NCBI GenBank assembly: GCA_964035545.1
Contig: OZ037768.1
Span: 5,798,741 to 5,862,740, forward strand
Length of the DNA stretch: 64,000 nt
Reading direction: 5' to 3'
From: Bugula neritina
Taxonomy: Eukaryota; Animalia; Bryozoa
Of the stretch, positions 1 to 11,900 are shown in pieces (position 1 is the first letter of the stretch; each line of letters starts with the position of its first letter). A program made the position numbers and the translations under genes. The notes beneath the pieces were generated by a model. The model was given only the letters and a program-made list of their open reading frames with translations. It ran no database searches and had not been told where the DNA came from.

Positions 1-1293
1 GGCATTGAGGCTTAGGTTGATTGCTCGTATCAAGGAAACGAGCAGAAAATCTGCCAAAAGTTACGTCATGTTTGGCTCAGTAACTAGATAAACAATTACT
101 AGTGTTATACTAGAAACTCCACTCAACTATATCCCTAACTTGTATATCAGTTTCCAAGAGTGGAGTCAAATGTTTTTTGATGAGCTGGGAGTTGTCTATC
201 TTGAAAGTTAAATGAAGTATTAAAGTAATGTATTCGTGACAATAGACTAATATCCTGCTTCAGAAATTTCAAGTCATTCAGACTTTTTTTACTACTAAAG
301 CACTTCTCGAAAAATATTACTTATACTGCAGTAATTCTCTATTTACTAGCAAAAATGTGAAAATATTATACTATATTATATTATCCGTCACATCATAATA
401 TAATCATATTCGTTCAGCTGTTTCTAATTTTCTTAACTATAAAAATAATATTATAATGAGATTGATGCGGTGTCAATTTTATTCAACAGATTTTGACTGC
501 AATGCAAATTTAGCAGATATAAAATAAGACCACTTGAGCAATTATCCTGAGGAAATATCCTAGCCATGGCACTTGAATAGAAAAATATGCAAAAAACAAC
601 TTTAAAACCTGCAGGAGATTTACCCTGACTCCGAGTAACACCTCTTTCCAACATTATATAATGAAACTTTGTTGAAAATTAACTTTTGCAATAATGTCTG
701 ATAACATACACGAGTTTTGCGGCCTTACACAATAATATTGTGGCTTGTGGTAATATTTCTAAACACATGAAGAATGCATTTCCACTTTTAGCTTCGGAAA
801 TAGATGAAAGTTTTTTTGCATTTGCATAAATATGAAGTTGAAAATATATAAATTAGAATACTATTTTTATAACAAAGCTTATTTGCCATACAATGGCTGC
901 ATGCACTCGTGCAGATGGTGTGACTGACACCATTAATCAAGTGTATGGTAATAGTCCAGATGGAAGATACTTGAAGGTGCGTTACATCTCTATATGTTTT
1001 CCCTTTTTAAGCCAATCAAACGTTTACTCAAGCCTAAATAATTTGTTTTCCCAAAAGCATTACTCACCAAATTCAGATTATTTTTACCCATAAAAAAGTG
1101 TATATCATCTAGTTAGTACTGCCAGTGGAGTTTTACCCATTTCCAACTGCCCCAAGATGAGCACAGGTGAATCTAAAGACTTATGAAGATAAACACTCAG
1201 CTATTCTATGGTAGAGAGCCTCTATTGCGGAAAATATCGGCTGTAACAGCTAAGGCTGTGACAATGGTATTAGTAAGTAAATACTTGACTCAC

Positions 1294-4200
1294 TTCTCCG
1301 CATTCCAGACAGGAAAGCTGGGCTTTTCATTTCCACGTAATCCACGTATGTGTAGTTTTCAATGCACTTGGTAGCAGTGTTGTATATGCCGTAAGACTGA
1401 AATAATATAAAATATCAATACTGTGTCAAAATATAGGTCAGGGAAACTATACAATTTATCAATATGTACTGCTGTAGTCAATTTATTATATAATTGACTA
1501 ATTATAATATATAGACTACCACAAGTACTTTTTGTGAAAAAATAAGTAATCAATATTAAGAAAAGCGATTGCTAATAGACGGCATATGTCATAACAGCTT
1601 CAATGTGTATATTTAGCAACGGCTTCATCCAGGTGTTTCACAAACTTATCAGAAATGAAGATGCAGCTGCAAGAAATCTATTCTTTCAGAGTATGATGAA
1701 ACGAGATAAGGTTTGTTATAGAGTGATATTTTAAAAAATTAAAACTAATGTTGGTGCTGCAAGATTGGTGCAGTTTATATATTGCATTAGACAGAAATGT
1801 ATCTACGCAAGACATGAGAGTTGCGCCCTCCCAGCAGAATAATTAGCTTTGTGTGGGAAATCATAGGTAATCAAACTCTACAGTGTGGGAACTAATATTA
1901 GTACACGGAACAACAGCTGTACTTTATAATGCAGTAAAGGCACAGACCTTTTACATAGTGTTATAATAATAACACAAATGAGCACTCTCCATAATATACA
2001 TACACCATAATTTAGATAGTGTAAAGTTTGATAACCTTATATTAACTTAACATGCCTATTATTGCAGTAGCAGTGTATACCACTTGAGACATTAATATAA
2101 AAACAACAGCATTCATAGCGAAAGTAAATTTACAACATTCATTATAATCCAAACCCCTAGAGAAAACTATAGTGAAGCTGGAAAAGTGGAGAGATTATTC
2201 TGCAAATTGAAGTATAAAGAAGATAATTTGCCTTCATCACCACATTTACTAGAACTATTCAGTTCATCGTACAGTTTCATGTAGAGTTATACTACTATTG
2301 TTTAGAAATTTTGAACCATGAGGAACTGAGGTGTTATTAAATTGCCTCTAAGCAACTGAAAAACAGCCGCGTTACCAGCACATTGTATGACTACAGATTT
2401 TAGCCTAAACTCAACAAAATTCTAATTGTAATAGATAGAGATGAGCAAAGCATGTGGTTTGTCTCTCCTAAAGGGTAATTGAATAACTAAGTTCTACTAG
2501 ATGATGCTAGCTTATTCTATATTTATTTTGGTTCAAATCAAGGGGCTAGGAGAAATATAATAGTCTACAAGCCCATGTACCTGCAGTGTAAAGCCCCAGG
2601 AAGAAGAGAGTTTAGTTCTTTCCAGTTTTACTGTTCGCCTTCTATCATTGTCTTTTTTATTAGAAGGAATAGCTTTGTCTGCTTCCAGTTCAGCAGTCGC
2701 TGTTCCATGAGTGTTGATACGAACAACCTATAAACATCACATATTAAACAAGGCTGATTATTATGTACGACGTGTGTTTCAACATAATAAACAAGTGAAA
2801 GGGATTCAACTTCCTCTTCACAAATTAACATTGATTATATTCAAGCTTATTTCAAGTTGAATCACAGCTGCAGCCAATATAATACCGTGTGACACAGCTA
2901 GAGATTGCATGGCATATCTATGTAAAAATATGGACCATCCTTGTTGATAATCAAGCTTCATTGCTGAAAGAAATGGAATTATATTTTACAAACAGCTGCA
3001 ACATTTGACACCTATGACAGGTAGTTGAAATAAGAGAGTAAAATGTATACGCCTTGCTAGTTAATTCAATTTAGAATACTATATCAAGGTTCATAAAGTA
3101 TGATGAAAAGTTGTGTCATCATTCAAACCCCATTAATAGATGTAAGCTAGCACTTGGTGGGAAGATTACTACAGATTGGCAAATATAATTACACTAAATC
3201 TCTACCCCCAGGAAACCAGAACATCTGGTAAACAAAGCACACAATGATTAAACATAAAGACACTACACTTTATGCCTTTTTAGAGCTTAGAGCATGCACT
3301 TTATGGTTCAACAGGTAGGGAAATTCATAAGTGCTATGTAAATGATTATAAGGTAGGCTGCACCTAAATGTTATTGTGCTATTGCATCTTCAAGAAATGC
3401 AACAAAGTAAAGTTGAGCAGTATTATAAAACTTCAATACAATAGGTACTGAATAATTTCGTGAAAGTAAACATCAATGATCATTTGCAAGTTTTAACTAA
3501 CTATAGCGGCAGCTGTATACCTTTAATTTCTCTTTCTCTACCGGGAAAGAATATGGCAGCTACTTTTATTCAATGATGGAATATTTTAATAAGAATATTA
3601 TAAAGGCTTATAATATAAAAGCATAGCTAGATGTATGAAAATGGGAAGCATTATGAAATGGAGTGCCAACGGAATATTAGAAATTACTTCTAGAACTAAA
3701 CTTTATCAAATATATGAAATGTCAATGCAAATGTTCCATTTTACCACCTATTTATAAAAACCAAAGTGTTATGCTTTTCTACTTCCTCGTTTAGCAAACT
3801 AGTAAATAACTTTACATCAAAGTGACAGCTGTTGACAATTACAAGCAAGTGTAGAGTCTATGGAGACCAAACTAAGTTCACTGAATTTAGCCTTGCTTAA
3901 TAAAACACATCAAACTAATACCTATTCAAATTTCAGGACAAAGGTGAATTTAAAGTTGCTTTTATAAAAAGCAAGACACAATAGAACAGACACAACCCAT
4001 AACACAGTCAAATAAAAACAATCTAAATGTTATAACCTTTGTGAGAGTCAATTCACACTTCGCTACACTATACAAGTACATGTCCAGAGGGACTAGCAGT
4101 ACAAAGTATTGGAAGCAAACAACAAGCCATCCTAAGCATCACTTACAACTATAATTGAAACCTAAAATTAAAAGTGTAGTCAAACTACGCGTGATAACTA

Positions 4201-4356
4201 ACAGTTTGCATTGAGAACTAACTGTTAAGAGCAATAAGTGTAACAACTGGTTACCCTGATATCCGGCGGCTCTCTGCTATGCTTAGCTTCTGTAATCAGT
4301 TGAATCTCTTTATTATCCCCTCCTACTGCAGCTGTTGAAGCTTGCAGTTTACCCAT
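1294..4356 (-). CDS. Tamalin/GRASP (cytohesin-interacting, CYTIP-family) PDZ scaffold, 5' part; continues off the left edge
   Basis: Phase-compatible GT-AG exons 4356-4255 (MGKLQAST...PPDIR), 2727-2581 (...RRTVKLERTKLSSSWGFTLQ) and 1396-1294 (SYGIYNTATKCIENYTYVDYVEMKSPAFLSGMRR). The joined sequence matches the tamalin PDZ start as recalled (RKVLTLEK...FGFEIQTYGLHH...VTFVCRVHESSPAQLAG). Candidate 5'UTR donors near 6590 and 8768 would make it divergent from the alpha-catulin gene. Confidence 0.72.
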
Positions 4357-7300
4357 TTTATATCCAAAGAAGGTCACTACCTTCCAAAATACTAGCTCGG
4401 AATTGTAGATAAATAGAAGATTGTAGTATAACAGACAAAAACTATTCTGCTCAACCAGGATAATGCTATAAATATAGGCTTGTCACTTGCTGAGTGTAAG
4501 CTTGTCGAACACTGAATGTCCCACTCAGCTGAATGTATTGACAGTTGATACTTTATTATGCCGTAAACTGTATGTATTATGATATCATCCAATGTCACGG
4601 ATCATTTATCATTCGGCTGAAGTCACCATCCTGTCAATTATCGTACATTAAAATTCTAATGATTTACAGCTAAAATCAAACGTAGAACCTAAGTCTAGTT
4701 TAGTCCAGCCCTACCAAAGCCTACTCACACTTCATTAAACTATTTCTTCACAAAAAGTTTGGCTAAAGACTATTGGAAGTTGTGAACAAATGATAAATAG
4801 CGTTGAGAGGATGGTGTAACAAAACATTTAATCTGCCATAAATCTAGAGATTAATGTACTGGCAACTAGCAACTCACTGAAACTATCAACAGCTTTTATC
4901 ATCATTATTATCTGTTGCCTCTCTAATCAAATCACCAACAACCACGATATATAACTCTGTTATATTTTTCTAAAATTCAAGCAAAATATGTAAATATTTA
5001 CGACTGCTCGTTCTACGCAGCTTCCATTTGTTTATAAGCGTGTATATACACAAACAGTAAAAACTGACAAGTTTTCTATCATGTGCAACTCTTGTCATTG
5101 ATTTATTTCTTGATCTTGGAACTATAAACATTTAACTTTAAAATGTGTTAGAGCCTAGCAAATCCTGTAACTGCAAAACCTGCATCTAACCCCAAGTTTG
5201 ATAATTTCAAACCTTTGCTCCTAGACAACTTTTTTTATTATATACAAAATAAAAAACTCTGTGAATGATTAGCAGTAAGCAGCTAGTTTTAGCATGTGTC
5301 AACCAACAATACATACATACATGTGTTGTTTTGGTAATACAATGTATAACAATTTTGTAATTTGAAACATATTTTACTATTCTATGGAATATAGCCTGTA
5401 TATAAGACTAGCAATTTGTATTAGTACATTTTTATGAGGTTCGTTGTACAAAGTCTGGTGCAAAAACTGGTGTATGGTGCTACATTAAATGATAAAGTTT
5501 GTAATAATTGGCAAGGATATTATAATGAACAGTCCTAAAATAAATAATTATAGTTTGTTGACTTGAATATAACATTATATTAGCACATAGTAGCCTATAC
5601 TATCATAGTTTACAGTGATAACAGTGTTGGCACTGAGGTAGACTTGTTTTCCAGTCTAATATATGAGTTTGCATTTAAACTGAAGTCCTAAGTTTTAAGT
5701 CTGGGATGGTATGGGATAAAAATATCGGCAAATATTATCAGAACCAGAAGTTCGAAGCTAAAGGGCTATGTCACATTTCTAGACATTAACAATAAGCTAT
5801 TGCATATATGTATAACATATGTATGATATATATAATATGTATATGTATTTGATATGGAGCTTTATTGAGATTGTCACTCCAAGCAGGAAACAACTGAAAA
5901 GCACAGATAACCGTGTTCAATGACGGCGCTTATATTTGCTGCAGAAGGACAACGTGCCCTGATATATCAAGCATAATAATTTTGTTTTGAGTTTAGGCTT
6001 TTATAAGCTTTATATTTTATTGTTTACCATCAGTTTAATAAATTTGTTGTTGACACCACAACGGAAATTAACACAGTTTATTATAACTATGAATATACTG
6101 GTATGGCAGAGATTAATAAATGCTAGTATAAATCCAGTAGTATCTGGAATACGTGAAGTACTAAAGCTGAAAATCTACAGCATATTTAATATAGCTAGTA
6201 ATGTATACACTAAATATATGTCTTTTTAACTTTAGTAGTTTCTACATAGTAATAGATGTATCAGTTTTAAATAAATCACACACCTGTGGTTGTTCCTCTT
6301 CACCTTTATCACTCTTTTTGAAGAAATTAAACATGACAAACCTCGCTTCAGAAATACATAATTTCCTTTCCTACAAAACATGCCAATATAGCTATTGCGT
6401 TATGTATTCTTTATTGCAATAGCATACACACACAGCCATGCTACGAAAGGCTAGACCAACACGAAAGTAACAACAACGCTATCTGTGCAGCTACCCCCTT
6501 AGAAACTTAGCAGAATCAAGCCTTACAAAACAAAACACTAGTACTATGTTCAGTCACAAACCACCCAATATTTATAATCGAAAGCAACTTACAGCGTTAT
6601 AAACTGAACAAGTGTCGCTACTCAAAAATGTATTATTCAAGTTAGCACGAAGAATCCAATGACTCTCAGATACTTGAAAATCTAAGTCAAGTGAAAGAAC
6701 AGCAGGCTAGCTAGAGGTGTGTATGTGTATTGCGTGCAGAGTATGAAAAGTCAGTCAATACTATAAATCAGTTGAGCTGTGTTGTATATATAATTTGCTG
6801 AGTAGATAAGGTATCTTTAAGCTGCTCATCCTCCCTTCTGGCAACTAGCAGTGGCAACATTCAAATTGATAAAACAACTGTTGACGAGTACAAAGATCAA
6901 ACCTTTGAGACAGGTAGTGTCATGGAAATATGGTCTGTGTTTCGAAAAGCTAGGCAATTGCTCTTAACTAATATTGAATATTCCTGCATGAGATTTGTAA
7001 CAGGATACAACTAATTTATTAAATATCTGTTATCACTTGCGATAAGTAACTATAACACATTACTATAAATTAGCTGCAACTATCTAGAAATTAGCAAGCA
7101 ATGTGATATCTTTTCATTAGTAGAAAAATTAGTAACAAACAGAATACATACATTTGGAATGGGTAAATTAAGTTATCACAAGCCTCTATTATATTCTAAT
7201 ACCTACTCGCACAATGCACCAAAACTAGCTATTCAATCAGACAGCCCACGATGAATGCATTGTTATTTATATGCAAGTACAAACAAGTTTTATAAGCCAT

Positions 7301-8957
7301 ACACATGATGTTAGTCCTTTATTACTGGCTGCAGTTGGATAAAATACTGGTTTTTATATAATATACTGTGCAAATATTTGTGAACAAGGAGTTTAATGTA
7401 ATTTAAGTCAAAATAATATTTAATCACTAGTTGTGTGTTATGAAATAAATGTTAAGTGTTTCTGCATATGCAATGTTAATTTCCAAAACCAAATTTTAGT
7501 GGCTAGAATTTAAACAATTTCAAGCAGAATGGAATGTAAATAGGTGCAAATACAAAATTTGATGCGTAAGTTTTGAGCTTCTCATAAAATGGCACAGAGA
7601 GCATAAAAGTGATACTTTCAACTATGCTGCTGGTCACTAATGAAAAGTTGTTCATGTCAAAAACTTATAAATTGTTGTAGTTGCAGATATACAACTTTGT
7701 AATAGCAGTGCTTTTGATAAGGTTTTGTAACTCGCAAGGTTTAATGAGACTTGAACTACAAACTGAAATTAGCTTTTACAGTTCAATAAAAACAAGTAGA
7801 ACAATTAATTAATGCTAATACTATGTGTATAGGTTTTAGCTTGATTCAAAGCTAATTTTTTCGCTTTTAATTTTTACTACTGCTACAAATGAAGTAATAG
7901 TGAACACCTGAGCAGCTTCTATAAAAAAACAGGCTCATCATAAATTACTAAAAGATTACATAATAATTTTGCGAATGTCTTAAAAAAATATCAGGCACAA
8001 TTATAATACCACTGTAAGATTAATTATACAGCTTAAACACACTCCTGAAATTATACCATAATGATAACTGCTACCATAAATTATCAGTTTTAGTATGAAA
8101 TTATATACTTTTAATTTTCAGCAAGTCCAACTAGAATTGCAGAAAATAATTTTATTTCACTCATTAATTACTAGTAGTATTTTTAATAAGATTTAATTAA
8201 ATATTCATAACCATATCCTGAAGGGTTCTAAATTTGTTAGATTTTCAATAGACAAGAATATATTGATATTATAATAACAATATTAACAATTGTAGTAAGT
8301 TACTTACTACTTATACTCATACTGCAGTGAGTGTTACAACTTACAACCAAAGCTATAGCTATAGTGATAGTCAAAATAAGTCAGAGTAATATTGCTACAT
8401 TCATTATTGCAATACTACTAATAATTCATTATTTATTTTTTAATCATGACGATTTGATCAGTTTAATTTAATAATAATAGCAATAATTACACAAGCTGCA
8501 TAAAACAATCAATAATATTAGTTACGAAGTAAAATCAATCTTAATCTTTAACTTACAGTAAAAACTAATAATATGAATGACTATTGACTCGTCGCTGAAA
8601 GGTGAAAACAAAATTATGAATATCAATATGAATATAGTGTGAGTTTTAGTATTACAAAATGTTGAATAAAATTTACTACAGCAAAAATTATTTTGTGTAT
8701 ATGGTAGAGTAAATAAATAATAAAATACCTTCATTCGAGTTTAATTTGTTAGTGGTAATGTTGATGTACCTCCGAAGATTCGCACTTGAAGTCAAAACCT
8801 AATCCAAGAGTTTATGTAAAGTTAGAGGAAACAGAGGTTTTTAAACTTCAGCGCGTTAGTGCTAGCTTCTCTCGAAGATTGCTTTTCTTCGTCCACTGAG
8901 ATTGTGAGTTTGTTCCTCCGATTCGTCCGATGAAAACCGGAAACAAACATATTCTGC

Positions 8958-11900
8958 ATGGAGAAAATGGCTAAAAGTTTGAAAGGGCGAACTACATCCG
9001 AGTCAATTCCTCCACTATCTCCTGGTGAAGGACTTAAACCTTTAGATATACGAACTAAAACTATTGAATTAACACTGCTTCCAATTTTTCAACAGGTTAG
9101 TATTCATGAAAGTGTGAGGTATTCTTAATCTTATACTTATTAAGTTAACTTAGCTACTGCTAGTTTAACTTTAAGTTAAACTTCAAGTTTAAGTTAAAGT
9201 ATCTGTTAGTGTTGTGTTGCTGTTAGTCACTAGTGTTACTTTTGGTGTTACACTTTCTGTTAGTGTTAATGTGAAGTTAAAAGTAAAAGTGTAAACTCAA
9301 TCATAATAACTGTCCTATGACTTACAGAAACTATGATAGTGATTATCACTATGATTATGACTATCACTATGGAGTATCACTACCAGTATGGAGTTTGATC
9401 TTTGAGTAAGTCAAAGTGTAACACTAACAGTAACTGTAACACCACTAACAGTGTAACTGTAAGAGTAACATTTAAACTAACTTAGTAACACTAACTCTAA
9501 CTAAGTTTAAGTCTAAGACCAAGTTTAATCATAATGAGTAATCAGTAATCACTATGAGTAAGTCTAAACTATAATCATAATGAGAATCAGAATCACTCAC
9601 TAACGCTAAGTAAAGGGTATCACTATGAAGGAAGAGATAATAGCGAATTTCTGAGCCTAGATAGATTCGAGGGTCCCACAATTACTTTCTCCGAGAGGTC
9701 TTGGGAGTTAACCCAAACAAGATCATAGGGCTAAGGTGGATGAAATTAATGATTAACGATATTGTCAATATTGTTGATGGTTAATAGTTATTATTGATCA
9801 TGATGATTATATTAATATTTAATATGAATAATAAATTAAAACACCTGTTTACAACATAGCTAATTAAATAATCGGAATAATCTCAGTACCTAATAGTAAT
9901 AATCATATGATAGTGATTACTAACTTTAAGAGACCATTTAATGACAATATACTTAAAATAACACTGATACTAATAATTATAATTATACTATAATTGATAG
10001 TAATACTATTACTAATAGTATTAGCTAATAGAAATTTATTTTGTCATTTGAATTACTATATGCATAAGTGTAACTGTTTAATAGTAGTATTATTAGCATT
10101 TAGTTTTATCATTTAATCTATATTATAAATATTGTGTTTAGTATAATGTGTAGCTACGACTATTACTATAACATTACATGTCTAGGACTAGGAGTATTCA
10201 TGAGGTAAACACTCCTGGTTTTTAATACTGTAGCGGTATAACATATCAACCCTACAATTGAAAGTTTGTAGTCAAGGTTAGACATAAATTGAAATTTACA
10301 GTTACACATAGTTTGCAGGCCAGGGTTGATGTTGGCTTCACTTACTGAAATATTCTTGCTCTCTAGATTTTTAATAAATTAAATAATCTTACTTTAATTA
10401 CCTTTATAATTTGTTCATCAATGTTTTATTACATTGATCCTAGATTTTAGTAGCATATTCAACCAAGTGTGTTCTTAGGATTTATATGCTAGCCTGTGAA
10501 CTTTGTGTACTTAGCTAGCAAGTACTTAACATGCACCAGGGTTTTGCCAGCCTTCAAAAATGTTTCATCGTGTTGATTACTTTTCAAGTCTTCTAATGAC
10601 ATTACTCCCAGGTATTTAACTGTGCTTATTTTAACCAAGAGATTATCTCCTAATTTGTAAATAAGACTATAACACTCATAATTTTATTATCTGCTACTCT
10701 ACATTATATTGGATATTCTGTATTGGATATACTTGTATTATAGATAACGTACCTGGTTAATAAGAATGCAGATTCCCCCTCACACCAGAACCATTCTAGT
10801 CAGAATGGAAACGTGGCAGAGGTCAGCTCAGCTGTGGAAAACGCAATCAAAGAGTTTGTAAGAGCTGGTGAGAGAGTGGCTGAAGAGTACCCTCTTATTC
10901 GACAACAGATTGTTGATGCTTGTCTTCAAGCTCGGGAATCCTGTAAGCTTCTCAACATGTTGTTGCATTTTAATTTTTTATATAGGTATTACAATATTTA
11001 CATTGTCTAATACTAGTATGGAAAGGTGAAAGAATCTTATCAAAATAACACCAGAAGTCCGTATGCTTAATTGTTTTATTTTCAAAAATGTTATCTGTTG
11101 CTTAAAATTGTGTGAAAATATTTGTTGGGGAAAAATATGTTTCATCTATAAAATATTGATGTTTGTTTAATAAATACTATTACAATAGATATAGGCCATT
11201 ATTTATTGAAGTTCTGATTCATCATTGTCATGAATAGCAGGATATTACGTACATTTGCCATAATAGTTTCCTTGTTGCCATGGCAATTCATGACATTCTT
11301 ATGGAATAGTGTATACAGATTTAGTGTTCATGTAACTATTAGTGACCATATCAAAGGATAGAAAATTTGTTTGCCATCAAGTGTTAAATAATACATCATG
11401 TGGGCATGTTTCATTAGCTGGGTTCATTTATTGCTTGCCTCTTATTGGCAAATAAATTTTATTGTGCATGCAGTACTTCAGCTATGAACTTTTCCATGCC
11501 CATTCTACAATTTATGGTCTATTTTATTAATTTTGATAGACTTGATGGTTGCTGACCATTTTAATAAGAATCTCTTTACTAGCGTAGCTTTGTGTGAATT
11601 GGTGTTTCTCCAGAGACAACACAATGTTATGTTACTGCCTGAAGCAGTGTTACTGAATGTCACATACAATTGGCTTCTCAATGACATGTCTGAATCAATA
11701 TTATTTACTTGAGGCTGAACTGCTGCATTATATTATATTATTCTGTCTTGTTCTCTATACAGTAAGATAGGACACTGAGGCAGTGGATAACCTGAGTGTT
11801 ACAATATATTAGAAAAAGTCATATTGGTTCATAATGTCAAGAAGTTATACAACTTCAATGGCCATTTCCATTCACATAATAGCCATTAGTATTAACATGA

